From assembly GCA_963722655.1 (NCBI GenBank), contig CAVRNT010000002.1, positions 7,461-71,460 of the forward strand: a stretch of DNA of 64,000 nt. The letters run 5' to 3'. Position 1 is the first letter of the stretch. Each line of letters opens with the position of its first letter. Positions 30,075 to 40,319 of the stretch are shown here, piece by piece. The DNA comes from an uncultured bacterium. Its GTDB lineage: Bacteria; Patescibacteriota; Minisyncoccia; UBA6257; GWB1-50-10. The position numbers and the translations under genes are program-made. The notes under the pieces are model-generated. The model did not search any database, was not told the origin of the DNA, and saw only the letters and a list, made by a program, of their open reading frames with translations.

Positions 30075-30839
30075 ATGGACCTTTTGGATAAGATAGATGT
30101 CATCTACGAGAACGACGACTTCCTGGCAATAAACAAGCCCGCCGGGGTGCTTGTCCATCGGCCGGAAAGCGGCCCCAAGGCCTCCCGGAAGGGGGATGTC
30201 CTCGCGGATTGGATAAAGGGGCGCTATCCGGAGGCCAAAGAGGTCGGGGATGAGCCGAACCTCCGGCCAGGCATCGTCCATCGCCTGGACGAGGACACCT
30301 CGGGCATCATCCTCGTCGCCAAGAATCAGCCGACCTTTGAATACCTCAAGGGCCTCTTCCAAAGACACGAGGTCAAAAAGACCTATCTGGCCTTGGTCCA
30401 CGGCCGGATGGCGGGAAGGGGAAAGATCGAAAAACCCATCGGCCTCCGGTCGGGCTCCTTGAAAAGGAGCGTGAACGCCAGGGACATGAAGATGGTCAAG
30501 GAGGCCGCGACGGAGTACCGGGTCATCAAGCTCTTCAAAAGCGGTCTTGAAACGTACACCCTCCTCCAAGTGACGCCCCTCACCGGCCGGACGCACCAGA
30601 TCCGGGTCCATCTCGCCTCAATCGGCCACCCGATCGTGGGCGACGCGCTCTACGGCAAACCTAAAGCCGACGAGGCGCTCGGCCTCAAGCGCCAGTTCCT
30701 CCATGCCGGAGCCGTGGAGTTCAACCTCGAGGACGGCAGCCGGATGAAGATTGAGGCGGAGATGCCGGAGGACCTGCAGGAATTCTTGGGTCATCTGGCC
30801 GAAGCCGGGGAGAATGATGGCGAGGTCGTTGAATATTAG
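30075..30839 (+). CDS. RluA/RluD-family pseudouridine synthase (no S4 domain)
   Basis: NKPAG..VH, HRLDEDTSG, TGRTHQIRVH, PIVGD.LYG. Confidence 0.96.
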   Translation: MDLLDKIDVIYENDDFLAINKPAGVLVHRPESGPKASRKGDVLADWIKGRYPEAKEVGDEPNLRPGIVHRLDEDTSGIILVAKNQPTFEYLKGLFQRHEVKKTYLALVHGRMAGRGKIEKPIGLRSGSLKRSVNARDMKMVKEAATEYRVIKLFKSGLETYTLLQVTPLTGRTHQIRVHLASIGHPIVGDALYGKPKADEALGLKRQFLHAGAVEFNLEDGSRMKIEAEMPEDLQEFLGHLAEAGENDGEVVEY

Positions 30840-30879
30840 ATTTGACGCGATACCGATCAGCTGTTAAACTCGTAAAACC

Positions 30880-31206
30880 ATGATCGACCAGAAGATATTG
30901 GAAAAGATCAAGCCCGGCGCCAAGGTCCGGGTGACCGAACGCATCAAGGAAGGGGACAAGGAGCGCCAGAGCGTCTTCGAGGGCCTCGTCATCGCCCGCA
31001 AACACGGTAGCGAGCCGGGTGCCTCTTTCACCGTCCGAGCGACGGTCCACGAAGTGGGCGTCGAGAAGCTCTACCCGGTCCATTCGCCGATGATCGCTAA
31101 GGTCGGCGTTCTCTCGTCGCCGAAAAAGGTCCACCGCTCCAAGCTCTATTACGTCCGCCAGCTCTCCCACAAGCAGACCCGCGAGAAACTCCAAACGACC
31201 GCCTAG
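30880..31206 (+). CDS. rplS: 50S ribosomal protein bL19
   Basis: EGDKERQ..FEG.VI, FTVR, GVEK, RSKLYY.R. Confidence 0.97.
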   Translation: MIDQKILEKIKPGAKVRVTERIKEGDKERQSVFEGLVIARKHGSEPGASFTVRATVHEVGVEKLYPVHSPMIAKVGVLSSPKKVHRSKLYYVRQLSHKQTREKLQTTA

Positions 31207-31257
31207 TTTAAACCGCCGCTTGGCGGTTTTTTGTTTTTGAGCTATCATTTTCCGCGA

Positions 31258-31344
31258 GCCCAGGTGGTGGAAATGGCAGACACACTACCTTGAGGTGGTA
31301 GCGCCAGCAATGGCTTGGAGGTTCGAATCCTCTCCTGGGCACCA
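31258..31344 (+). tRNA. tRNA-Leu(GAG)
   Basis: GCCCAGG/CCTGGGC, CTACC-TTGAGGT-GGTAG, long variable arm, CCA. Confidence 0.97.
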
Positions 31345-31444
31345 AGGTGGGATTTTTAAATAGGTGCTTCTCTTGGGCGGTCGAAAGAGCGGTCAAAAAC
31401 CGCTCTTTTAAATATTTCGTTATGGTAGAATTAAGGAAACCCCA

Positions 31445-32965
31445 ATGAAAAGGAGTTTGATTCGCGTTTTTGCAATCGGAATATTGTTCCTGCTCCTTTT
31501 TTTGCCGGCCAAAAGGGAGCAGTCGCTTAATCGCGCCAAGGCGGCATCTTTGACGGCCCAGCCGACCGTCTGCCTCGGCGGTTGGCAAAACCCGGGCAGC
31601 GCGGCGGGAGAGCCGGACGGCAATTCGGCCGTTTTGAGCCAGACGGCGGCGCAGATCTTCTGCGGTTATTTCCAGTCGGGCGACCAATCCAACCCGCCGG
31701 CGCAGGTTACGCTCAATTTTTCTTGGAACATCATCTTTGGAAATCAGAGCGGCCAAACGGTCCAACCGGCCGCGACCGATACCGACACTCAAAATTGGAG
31801 CGCGGTCTTGAGTGGAACTAGCACGACGTCAATCGCGCCAACCTCGACTGAGCCGGCGACCACATCGACCCAAGAAGAGCCATCTTCAACGGATGCCGTG
31901 ATCGTGACGTCAACGGATGCCACGAGCACGGAGCAAACAGCCGCCGATACGTCGACTGACGCAACGGCTCCGACGTCGACATCGATGGACCAAACAACGC
32001 CGCCGCCAACGCCCACGTCCACCGACTCGAACTCCACGACGACCTCCTTTTTGGACAACGTGGGTAAATTCATCGCCGGACTTTTCCTGAACAAGGCCTC
32101 GGCTGATACCGGTCCGGCCGTGAACTTCCTCGAGGTGAGCTACTCTTTGGACGGCCAGACCTGGCAGGTTTTGGGCGACGTGAACCAGAACAACTGGCAG
32201 GGACTGACCTTCAACATTCCGGTCACTTCCTGGGACGACATCAATAAGCTCCAAATACAATTGAGCCCGCTCCCGACGATGGATATGCCCGAAATAGACC
32301 TCGACGGAATGTGGCTCCAGGTCGGCTACAACCAGTCGGTCGCGGACGCCCTCACCTCCGGCGCGAATGCCGCCTTGGATACGGCCGCCAATTTAAGCGA
32401 CGCGGTGAACAGCGCCTTGAGTAACGTCGCCGACGCAATTACGAACGCCCTGACCGGCAATAACCAAGATCAAAGCACCTCCACTCAACCCCAAATGCCG
32501 ACTCTGCCGCCTCCGCCCGCGCACCGATACTCCTTCGCTATCGGCGGAGTAACGCCTATCCCGAGCGGCCCATTACCCTGGGTCTCCGAAAAGGACGCGG
32601 ATTATCTCAAGGATAATTTGAGCGCGAACACGGCCGTGCCCGTCGTGACGCTGACCGACAGGAACACCATCCAAATCCAAGGCGGTTGCGCGGCCCCGTA
32701 TTACACCATCCTCATCTTCGCCAATCCTACCGACTATGCGAGCGATCCTTCCTCTGCCGTATTCAACAAATCGTATAACTGCACGGGCGGTAATTTCACG
32801 AAGACCCTTTCCGACGAAGATCTGCCGCCGGTGCTCCAGAACGGTACCTATTACCTTATCGTCGCCGACCAGGGGGACAAAGGCCCGTGGCAACCTAGAC
32901 CGGGGATTTTCCAAATCTCCTTCGCCGCCGTCGCGCCGGACGCTTCATCAACTGCCACTCAATGA
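31445..32965 (+). CDS. Secreted/surface protein with S/T-rich linker and C-terminal two-Cys domain
   Basis: Signal-like N-terminus, repeated TST motifs, C-terminal domain shared with 40316..40816. Confidence 0.8.
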   Translation: MKRSLIRVFAIGILFLLLFLPAKREQSLNRAKAASLTAQPTVCLGGWQNPGSAAGEPDGNSAVLSQTAAQIFCGYFQSGDQSNPPAQVTLNFSWNIIFGNQSGQTVQPAATDTDTQNWSAVLSGTSTTSIAPTSTEPATTSTQEEPSSTDAVIVTSTDATSTEQTAADTSTDATAPTSTSMDQTTPPPTPTSTDSNSTTTSFLDNVGKFIAGLFLNKASADTGPAVNFLEVSYSLDGQTWQVLGDVNQNNWQGLTFNIPVTSWDDINKLQIQLSPLPTMDMPEIDLDGMWLQVGYNQSVADALTSGANAALDTAANLSDAVNSALSNVADAITNALTGNNQDQSTSTQPQMPTLPPPPAHRYSFAIGGVTPIPSGPLPWVSEKDADYLKDNLSANTAVPVVTLTDRNTIQIQGGCAAPYYTILIFANPTDYASDPSSAVFNKSYNCTGGNFTKTLSDEDLPPVLQNGTYYLIVADQGDKGPWQPRPGIFQISFAAVAPDASSTATQ

Positions 32966-33594
32966 TAAATTCCCAATCCCTCCATAAAAGTAACGTCGTC
33001 TTGGTCTTCAAAGACAGGGGCTTGCAGCCGCCGGAAAATTCGGAGATGACCGCCCTCTACGAGAGCGACAAGGGCCGGGGAGCACAACTCGTGGATGACC
33101 CTTTGATGCGGATGAAGATAATGGATGTGCCGCAGTTGAAGCTCCAGGTCGCCTGGGAGGCCGAGCGCCTGCGCCTCGAAGACATGGGTGCCCTGGAGCC
33201 GGACGAATCGCTTTTGATGGACGAGCTCGTCCGGGTCTACGAGAAGCTATGCGAGAAGCGGCCCATCGAGATCGCTTCCTTCGGATTCAACTTCGACGTT
33301 TTTTACCAGACCTCCGACGTGATCCGTATAGGCGACCTCTGGAACGAGGTGTCTAAAATGCCACTTACGCTCGGCGACAGCTTATTGGACTTCGGCTGGC
33401 AGTGGACGATCGCTGAAAAGAGCGGCCGGCGTTTGGACGCCTATTTCACAAAGGTCACGGCGCCACTAGAGTTCGTGATGCACCACAACGCCCACTTCAA
33501 TGTCCACCCACTCCCCGCGCTCAAGGAATTGAAAGATTTGTTCAAGAGGTCGTATGAAAGGACGCGCACCGCTGCTGAAAATCTCAAACTATGA
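32962..33594 (+). CDS. Hypothetical cytoplasmic protein
   Basis: ATGA overlaps with both neighbours; host-like codon usage. Confidence 0.75.
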   Translation: MINSQSLHKSNVVLVFKDRGLQPPENSEMTALYESDKGRGAQLVDDPLMRMKIMDVPQLKLQVAWEAERLRLEDMGALEPDESLLMDELVRVYEKLCEKRPIEIASFGFNFDVFYQTSDVIRIGDLWNEVSKMPLTLGDSLLDFGWQWTIAEKSGRRLDAYFTKVTAPLEFVMHHNAHFNVHPLPALKELKDLFKRSYERTRTAAENLKL

Positions 33595-35174
33595 GTCTTT
33601 CCGCTGACAAGAAAAAGGGGGTGAAAATAAGGACCGTGAAGCGCCACGGGGCGTTTGCCGTCGCCGTCATAATCGCTGCAGAGGCTATTTTCTCCTTCTT
33701 CCTTTACCTCGCTATCGCCGGGAAGATTTTTGCGCCGCTTCCAGTGGAAGCCCAACCTGGCGTGCCCAACCTCATTTCATACCAGGGACGTCTCACGGAC
33801 ACCTCCGGCAATCCCTTAGGTGGGACAGGAACCGTTTATTGTTTCCGCTATTCCATCTTCGATGCCCAGAGTGGTGGCAATCAACTCTGGCCGGCGAACG
33901 GTAGCGCAACCACCACCCCCAGTAATTCAACGACAACCGTCACGGATGGCGTTTTCAGCGACCAGATCGGCCGGGTGGATAACCTCGCATCTTCATCGCT
34001 CCTTGATTTCATGTCCACCTCAACCTACTACCTGCAGGTTCAGGTGAGCACTTCGTCCCCAACATGCGCAAGCGGCCTAGAAACACTCGCGCCACGCCAA
34101 CAGATCGTCTCCGATGCTTGGGCTAGAACCGCGGCTAACGTTTACGGCTCCATCCGAACAAACGTCGCAAACAAGGTTCAGATCGGTTCCGGCGCCGGCG
34201 CCCAATCCGGCTACACCTTGCTGACCTTGGACCAGTCAAGCTCGAGCACGGAGGCGGTGGGTAACGCCTGCCCAAGCGGTGCGAGTAACGGCTCACTGTG
34301 GTACAACAACATATCTAGCCGCGCCCTCGTTTGCGAGAACAACCTCATCCAGGCCATTTCGAACGCCTCGACGACTATCGCTGGCATTACCGTGAACGCC
34401 ACGAGCGTCACGGCCGGGACGGTCGTGTTCCAAAACGGGAACAACGTCTCCTTTGGTATCAACGGGTCGACGATTACGGCAACCGCAGCTGCTGGCGGCG
34501 GGGGAGCTACCTTGAGCAATTTTTACTATCCACCCGGGGTCATGCAGAGTGCTATGTCCTTATTGTTGAACGCCTCCGGCGGGGTTCTTTCGTTAGTTCC
34601 TTTCCAATTAAATCAAGCACTGACCGCTAGCCGGGTAGCTATTATGGCTTCGATCACTGGCACGACCAGCGCTTCAGCTACTACTCAGTTACGTTCCAAC
34701 CAAATATCTCTTCAAATAGGCATCTATACAAGGGGTGGTGGGACATCCACGGCGAGCATCTATGCGGCCACGTCAATTGCAACAACTTGGTCGTGGAGCT
34801 GGAACGGTACAACAAACACGACAGTTCTCCAAAATATCACCGGCTGGCGGCGGTTGTCGGCGGCGGTGAACATTAACGCCACGCCGGGAGAATATTGGTA
34901 CGGCGTATGGATAAGTCAAGCCCAAACCAACACGGCCTCAGGAGTAGTTGTCTCCTTGGCGATAGGTGATTACAATTCGACTCTTATTTATGGAGGTAAC
35001 ATCAGTGCAATTACCAACTCTTCCCGGCAACCAATGTTGGGCATGGGCATTTACAGCAACAATACTACTAGTGGCTTGACCACATCTATGCCAATCACTT
35101 ATATTTTCGGTGGCGGGGCAACGGGCACACTTAATATGCCATGGATTTTGTTCACGGATTTTGATATGAACTAA
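33591..35174 (+). CDS. Fibre/adhesin-like surface protein
   Basis: TM anchor, ISYQGRLTD..GNPL domain, TVVFQNGNNVSFG segment, T/S/G-rich beta C-terminus. Confidence 0.75.
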   Translation: MSLSADKKKGVKIRTVKRHGAFAVAVIIAAEAIFSFFLYLAIAGKIFAPLPVEAQPGVPNLISYQGRLTDTSGNPLGGTGTVYCFRYSIFDAQSGGNQLWPANGSATTTPSNSTTTVTDGVFSDQIGRVDNLASSSLLDFMSTSTYYLQVQVSTSSPTCASGLETLAPRQQIVSDAWARTAANVYGSIRTNVANKVQIGSGAGAQSGYTLLTLDQSSSSTEAVGNACPSGASNGSLWYNNISSRALVCENNLIQAISNASTTIAGITVNATSVTAGTVVFQNGNNVSFGINGSTITATAAAGGGGATLSNFYYPPGVMQSAMSLLLNASGGVLSLVPFQLNQALTASRVAIMASITGTTSASATTQLRSNQISLQIGIYTRGGGTSTASIYAATSIATTWSWSWNGTTNTTVLQNITGWRRLSAAVNINATPGEYWYGVWISQAQTNTASGVVVSLAIGDYNSTLIYGGNISAITNSSRQPMLGMGIYSNNTTSGLTTSMPITYIFGGGATGTLNMPWILFTDFDMN

Positions 35175-35180
35175 ATAAAA

Positions 35181-36173
35181 ATGAAAGATAACTTCAAATA
35201 CATCATTATCTCTGTTATCTTGGCGGCGGCAACATTCATCTTGGGGTTTTACGTGAGCAAGGTGAATAGTGGGGCACAGAATGCCTATGTCGCTCCCGTA
35301 AACGGCGATAGTACCGAAGCGACACAAAATAATCTTATTAACCCATCTGTGACGATGAACATCGGGAAACATTTCATCATCAACTTCAAGCCGCTCAAAG
35401 ACCAGCTAACGGCGATACAGAAAGAATATGCTCAAAAAACGTACATTTATTTCGATTATCTCAATAATGCTTCCTGGATCGGCTTGAACGAGAGGGACAA
35501 CTTTACGGCCGCGAGCACCGTGAAGGTTCCGCTTGCCATGGTGCTTATGAAAGCCGTTGAAGACGGAAAGTTGAAATTGACCGATTCATATGCCCTGGAT
35601 GATTTGGATTTGGACAAGAATTTCGGGGATTTATACAAGGTTGGTGCCGACCAAGCATTTACTATAGAGGAATTGCTTAAGATAATGCTGGAACAATCGG
35701 ATAACACGGCGATGCATGGCATCGTTAATGTTTTCAATAAAATCGGGATTGACGACCCGCTAGCGGGTGTATACGATGCCATGGGATGGGGGATAGGTAC
35801 CCCGAATTTATTGCCAGATGTGGGACAAACCGTGGATTACGGTCAGATAAATCTTAAAATGTTATCCAATATGTTCATCGCCCTTTATAACGCAGATTAT
35901 GTGAACGTGGAGCATTCCCAACAAATCCTGAATTACCTAGATAACACGCCATTCAACGACAAAATAGAAGCCGGCGTTCCAGCAAACATTTCGGTTGCTC
36001 ATAAGATAGGAACATCCGTAGACAACGAAACCTTCGCGGATTGTGGTATCATCTACGCCCCAAGCCGTAATTATCTTCTATGTCTCGCCTCCAACGGTGG
36101 GAACGATAATGTCGCTTCAGAATTTATGGCTGAAATTTCCAAGGCAGTTTATAGCTACGTTATGAAAAATTAA
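35181..36173 (+). CDS. Class A beta-lactamase-like serine hydrolase, membrane-anchored
   Basis: SxxK (ASTVK), SDN, HKIG. Confidence 0.88.
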   Translation: MKDNFKYIIISVILAAATFILGFYVSKVNSGAQNAYVAPVNGDSTEATQNNLINPSVTMNIGKHFIINFKPLKDQLTAIQKEYAQKTYIYFDYLNNASWIGLNERDNFTAASTVKVPLAMVLMKAVEDGKLKLTDSYALDDLDLDKNFGDLYKVGADQAFTIEELLKIMLEQSDNTAMHGIVNVFNKIGIDDPLAGVYDAMGWGIGTPNLLPDVGQTVDYGQINLKMLSNMFIALYNADYVNVEHSQQILNYLDNTPFNDKIEAGVPANISVAHKIGTSVDNETFADCGIIYAPSRNYLLCLASNGGNDNVASEFMAEISKAVYSYVMKN

Positions 36174-36175
36174 AC

Positions 36176-36979
36176 ATGGAAGAAACACGGAAGATTAAAA
36201 TCGACGAACTGCTAGCCACCGCAAAGGCCAAAGAATGGGAAACACGAGTGCTTCAGGGTAATACCTACAAGAATTTTTCGACCATCATTGTCATTGCGAC
36301 CCGTGGCAAAGGCGTCACGAACGTTAAATGCCCGAAATGCGACCACCCGTTCGAAGTGGAACATTGGGTCGGCCTCCACCCGTGGATAGTGGAGTCGTGG
36401 AAACGATTCATCAAGCCGATGAACATTCCGGTGCAAGAAATAATGATTTCAGGGCACGAGGTAGGTCAAGCTTATGAGGAAGCAGTTCAGGTTATCCTTG
36501 AAACACCGCAGTTCAAAAATTATCGCTACATACTTTTTCTCGAGGATGATATTATCGTGCCATTCATAAACAATTCTTTCGGGCCGCTCATCGAGCTTTT
36601 CAAACATATGGAGAAGTTTGATGTCGCCTCGGCCCTATACTGGACTAAAGGCGAACCGTCTTTACCTCTCGTCTATGGCGACGGTAACATCAACGCGTCC
36701 AGTCCATTCGAGGTCAATACCAATTGGCAGCCCGGTCAGACCGTCGAGGTGAACGGTTGCGGCATGGGCTTCGCACTCATGAAGAAGAATATATTTGAGG
36801 ATCCGCACCTCGAAAGGCCGTTTTTTAAAACCGTAAGTGAGGTTAAAGACGGCCAATACAAGGGTTATACGCAGGACCTGTATTTTTACGAGAAGATAAA
36901 GAGATTGGGTTATAAGATATGTGTTGACACCGGCGTCCGCTGCGGCCACCTGGATTTTCAGAGTGAGGTGGTCTATTGA
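36176..36979 (+). CDS. GT-A fold glycosyltransferase-like protein
   Basis: YILFLEDD, G.GMGF.L, QDLYF, VDTGV.CGH. Confidence 0.8.
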   Translation: MEETRKIKIDELLATAKAKEWETRVLQGNTYKNFSTIIVIATRGKGVTNVKCPKCDHPFEVEHWVGLHPWIVESWKRFIKPMNIPVQEIMISGHEVGQAYEEAVQVILETPQFKNYRYILFLEDDIIVPFINNSFGPLIELFKHMEKFDVASALYWTKGEPSLPLVYGDGNINASSPFEVNTNWQPGQTVEVNGCGMGFALMKKNIFEDPHLERPFFKTVSEVKDGQYKGYTQDLYFYEKIKRLGYKICVDTGVRCGHLDFQSEVVY

Positions 36980-36981
36980 TC

Positions 36982-37872
36982 ATGGAGAGAAACCAGTTCG
37001 ACGAATTATTGGAGAACGTTAAGCGCGTATATGGACCGTTTTATTCATACACTCTTAACTTTGAGAAGACTATTACCCCTAGGGAAGATCTAGGCGTATT
37101 TTTTAACCGCCTATTATACATCACGAACGATATGTTTCGGGATATTCCTATCAAAAAGATCAGAGTTCTAGATCTCGGCTCTTATGAAGGCATATATTCG
37201 GTGGGCTTTGCTCAACTAGGCGCAGAGGTGGTCTCGGTTGAAGGGAGGAGAATCAATTTCGCCAAGATGAAGGTGGCTAAAGAATATCTGGGCTTGCGGA
37301 AGCTCGATGTGGTTCAAGCTGATGTCCGAACCATCACGAGAGAAACATACGGTCGCTTTGACATCGTGCTTGCCTGCGGAATTATGTATCACCTGGATGC
37401 CCCTTCGGTTTTCGAAGTGTCCAAAAACATATCTGATATGGCCGAGCGCTTGGCTATTATCGACACACACATTTCTCTGTCCCGCCCGGTCAGCCATATC
37501 TACAAAGAAAGAGCTTATTGGGGTATGATTCATAAAGAATTCGACGCTGGTATCTCAACTCACGAAAAAGAATTATATCTCGCTAACGCACTAGATAATA
37601 ACGAGAGTTTTTGGCTGACGAAAATTTCCTGGTTAAATCTCCTGAAGAGTCTAGAGTTCAACACGGTTTATGAGTGTTTGGTACCCCAAGCGGAACGGGA
37701 AAAAAGATTATACGACAGAGCAACGCTTGTTGCAGTTAAAAATCTAAAATCTAAATCGTTCTTCCCGGTTTCTATTTCTCCGGACCCGCTATCAGAACAG
37801 ATCGGAGAGACGATATTCATTATGCAGGATAATCAACCCATTCCCAACGATAACGGAATAATTGTAAGATAA
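36982..37872 (+). CDS. Class I SAM-dependent methyltransferase
   Basis: VLDLGSYEG, FDIVLACGIMYHL. Confidence 0.88.
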   Translation: MERNQFDELLENVKRVYGPFYSYTLNFEKTITPREDLGVFFNRLLYITNDMFRDIPIKKIRVLDLGSYEGIYSVGFAQLGAEVVSVEGRRINFAKMKVAKEYLGLRKLDVVQADVRTITRETYGRFDIVLACGIMYHLDAPSVFEVSKNISDMAERLAIIDTHISLSRPVSHIYKERAYWGMIHKEFDAGISTHEKELYLANALDNNESFWLTKISWLNLLKSLEFNTVYECLVPQAEREKRLYDRATLVAVKNLKSKSFFPVSISPDPLSEQIGETIFIMQDNQPIPNDNGIIVR

Positions 37873-37877
37873 AATCC

Positions 37878-38639
37878 GTGGTAGATGTTGTAATCCCAAC
37901 CAAAAAAACTTCACCTTTCTTCGATGCGAGCATCGATTCGTTAAAATACATCCCGTTCCCTTATAAATTACACCTCATTACTAAAGGTACTAGCTGGGCT
38001 GAGGCGATAAATATCGGCTTTGGGGAGAGCGAAAATGATGTGCTCATAATGGACGACGACACGATTCTGGAACCCGACACATTCAGGAATTTTAAACCAA
38101 TTGGGGACATAACCGGATTCAAATTAAGAGGCGGGGATGGGAAAATTAACCATGCCGGGAGCTATGTCGAAATTAGCGATTTCTCATATTGCAATGCTCC
38201 AGTCTCTCCATATTTTCCCGAAACACCGGATATCGTTATTAACTGCCATGCCGGATTTGGGCATCTCTCGGAAGATATAACCGAACCTATCGAGGTTCCT
38301 CATTGCACCGCCTCGCTGCTCTATATCAAGAAAAATGTCTGGCAAAAATTGCACGGTATAGCAACCGACTATCCGGGTTACCAGTACGAGGACGTGGATT
38401 TTTCTTTCCGGGCTCTGAAAGAAGGGTTCAAGATAGTTTGCCTGCCCAATGAAGCGATCCACCATTTGGGAGCAACTAAGGGCTCCGACCCGAATTTCCC
38501 TCAGAAAATGTCGGTCAATCTAAAAATTATCACTCGAAAATTTTTTAGTGACCCGGAATTTATAGGACTCCTTTACAAGAGAGGGCTTGTCAATGGGCAT
38601 TCATCAATCTTTACAAATTCAGATTTTCTGATAAAATAA
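37878..38639 (+). CDS. Family 2 glycosyltransferase
   Basis: VVIPT, INIG, MDDD, YEDVDFSFR, H..GAT. Confidence 0.88.
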   Translation: MVDVVIPTKKTSPFFDASIDSLKYIPFPYKLHLITKGTSWAEAINIGFGESENDVLIMDDDTILEPDTFRNFKPIGDITGFKLRGGDGKINHAGSYVEISDFSYCNAPVSPYFPETPDIVINCHAGFGHLSEDITEPIEVPHCTASLLYIKKNVWQKLHGIATDYPGYQYEDVDFSFRALKEGFKIVCLPNEAIHHLGATKGSDPNFPQKMSVNLKIITRKFFSDPEFIGLLYKRGLVNGHSSIFTNSDFLIK

Positions 38640-38704
38640 TTACTTAATTAAGTTCTTTTAAAATTCACTTTCCCCGATAAACTCAGAAATGGAGGACAGC
38701 CGTC

Positions 38705-39706
38705 ATGGCAGAAGAGTTCTACAACAGGTTTAATTCCTTAAAGATCCTGATTTTTTCTGACAGGTTGCAGGAGATCGCTGTCGGCGGATTGCCGTACCCG
38801 TTGATCTGGCACATTTACCCGACCAATCACTGCCCCTTAGATTGCGATTTTTGTATCATGGCCGAGGAAAGGGAAAACAAGGTTTCCCTCCCCAGAGAGA
38901 TTCTTTTGAAGGCTATCCGGGATGCCGCCGAACACGCGAAAACCATACATTTTTCCGGAGGCGGGGAACCGACAGCTCACCCCGATCTTTTGGAAGCGAT
39001 CGAACTAGCTAAGAGATCCGGCTTGAAGGTGGCACTTTCGACCAACGGTGTTTCCCTGACCCAGAAAATATTTGATCTGGTAGATTTTCCGCGGGTCAGC
39101 TTGAACGCTGCTACAAAAGAGGTCTTCCGAAGCAATACCGGCACCGATCTTTGGGACAAAATCATCGAGAACATCAAAGATCTCAAGGGCAACAAGGGTA
39201 AATTAGGACTAGGATTCGTATTGACCCCGGAAAACCAAAGAGACCTTTACGGTTTTTGCAAGTTGGCGAACGACCTCGGCATTAGTTGGGTCCACATCCG
39301 GCCGGCTTTTCTAAAGAAAAGGAACGAAGAGGTCAGAGCCCTGATGCCCGAATCGACCAGGATCATCGATGGTGCTAAGGAGGATTTCCCCGACTTGGTG
39401 ATTCACTTCAAAACGGACAAATTCGACGGCTATTGGACGCCAAGGAGGTACGATAAGTGCCGGGCAACACCATTATTAGCGGTGCTGAAGGCGAACGGCA
39501 AATTCTGCGTTTGCCAAGACAGGGTCGACCTGGAATACGGCGATTATCGGAAACAATCCTTCGAGGAAATTTGGCGCTCAAAAGAACATCTGGAAATACT
39601 GAAGAGAATCAATCTCGAAGAATGTCCCAGATGTGTCGAGACGAAGAAGAACGAGTACATCCAAAAAATCTTCATAGAGGATGGATTTGTAAGAGATATT
39701 CTCTAG
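38705..39706 (+). CDS. Radical SAM protein with SPASM/twitch domain
   Basis: CPLDCDFC, SGGGEP, STNG, C-terminal Cys cluster. Confidence 0.93.
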   Translation: MAEEFYNRFNSLKILIFSDRLQEIAVGGLPYPLIWHIYPTNHCPLDCDFCIMAEERENKVSLPREILLKAIRDAAEHAKTIHFSGGGEPTAHPDLLEAIELAKRSGLKVALSTNGVSLTQKIFDLVDFPRVSLNAATKEVFRSNTGTDLWDKIIENIKDLKGNKGKLGLGFVLTPENQRDLYGFCKLANDLGISWVHIRPAFLKKRNEEVRALMPESTRIIDGAKEDFPDLVIHFKTDKFDGYWTPRRYDKCRATPLLAVLKANGKFCVCQDRVDLEYGDYRKQSFEEIWRSKEHLEILKRINLEECPRCVETKKNEYIQKIFIEDGFVRDIL

Positions 39707-39720
39707 CATACGTAAGAATT

Positions 39721-39756
39721 AGCCTGTTCAGTTATGAAACTGAACAGGCGTTTTTT
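39721..39756 (+). terminator. Intrinsic terminator
   Basis: GCCTGTTCAGTT-ATGA-AACTGAACAGGC followed by a T-tract. Confidence 0.8.
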
Positions 39757-39809
39757 AAAATAGGCCTCGCGCGCTGTGTTATAATGCCATACGTAAGAGG
39801 GATGAAACC

Positions 39810-40319
39810 ATGAAACTGGATATCGGCTGTGGCCCAAATAGACAGAAAGGATTTAAGGGAACGGACGTCATTTCAGGACCTACCGTGGATTTTGTTTTGG
39901 ACCTGGAGAAATTTCCTTGGGAACCGTTCGCGGACAACTCCTGCGACGAAATCTACACGTCTCATTATGTGGAAAAAACGAAAGACCTCATTAAGTTTAT
40001 GGACGAAATGTGGCGCATCTGCACTCCGAACGCTAAAATTACGATAGTCGCCCCTTACTACACCTCGATCCGCGCCTTTCAGGATCCCATGGCGACCCGT
40101 TTGCTTTCCGAAGCCACGTGGCCATATTTCAATAAGGAATGGCGCACCGCAAACAAGCTCGATCACTACCCGATCAAGTCGGATTTTGCCATTGAAAAAA
40201 TAATGGTCTTTTTTAACCAGCCATGGGACAAGAAATCCGAGGAGGCAAGGGAGTTCGCTAAAACCCATTACTGGAACGTCGTCTCCGATATTCTCGTCGA
40301 GCTCAAAGCCGTAAAATGA
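39810..40319 (+). CDS. SAM-dependent methyltransferase (type 11-like)
   Basis: KLDIGCG, DLEKFPW.PF.DNS, QDP. Confidence 0.88.
   Translation: MKLDIGCGPNRQKGFKGTDVISGPTVDFVLDLEKFPWEPFADNSCDEIYTSHYVEKTKDLIKFMDEMWRICTPNAKITIVAPYYTSIRAFQDPMATRLLSEATWPYFNKEWRTANKLDHYPIKSDFAIEKIMVFFNQPWDKKSEEAREFAKTHYWNVVSDILVELKAVK

Noticed and set aside
31800-32050. Repeated ACGTCGAC/TST-like units and the poly-Pro/Gly tract near 44650-44700
   Set aside because: Low-complexity protein linkers, not DNA repeat elements
39707-39798. 11-bp direct repeat CATACGTAAGA flanking a terminator and promoter
   Set aside because: Could be a target-site duplication or operator, but it is too short and has no associated element
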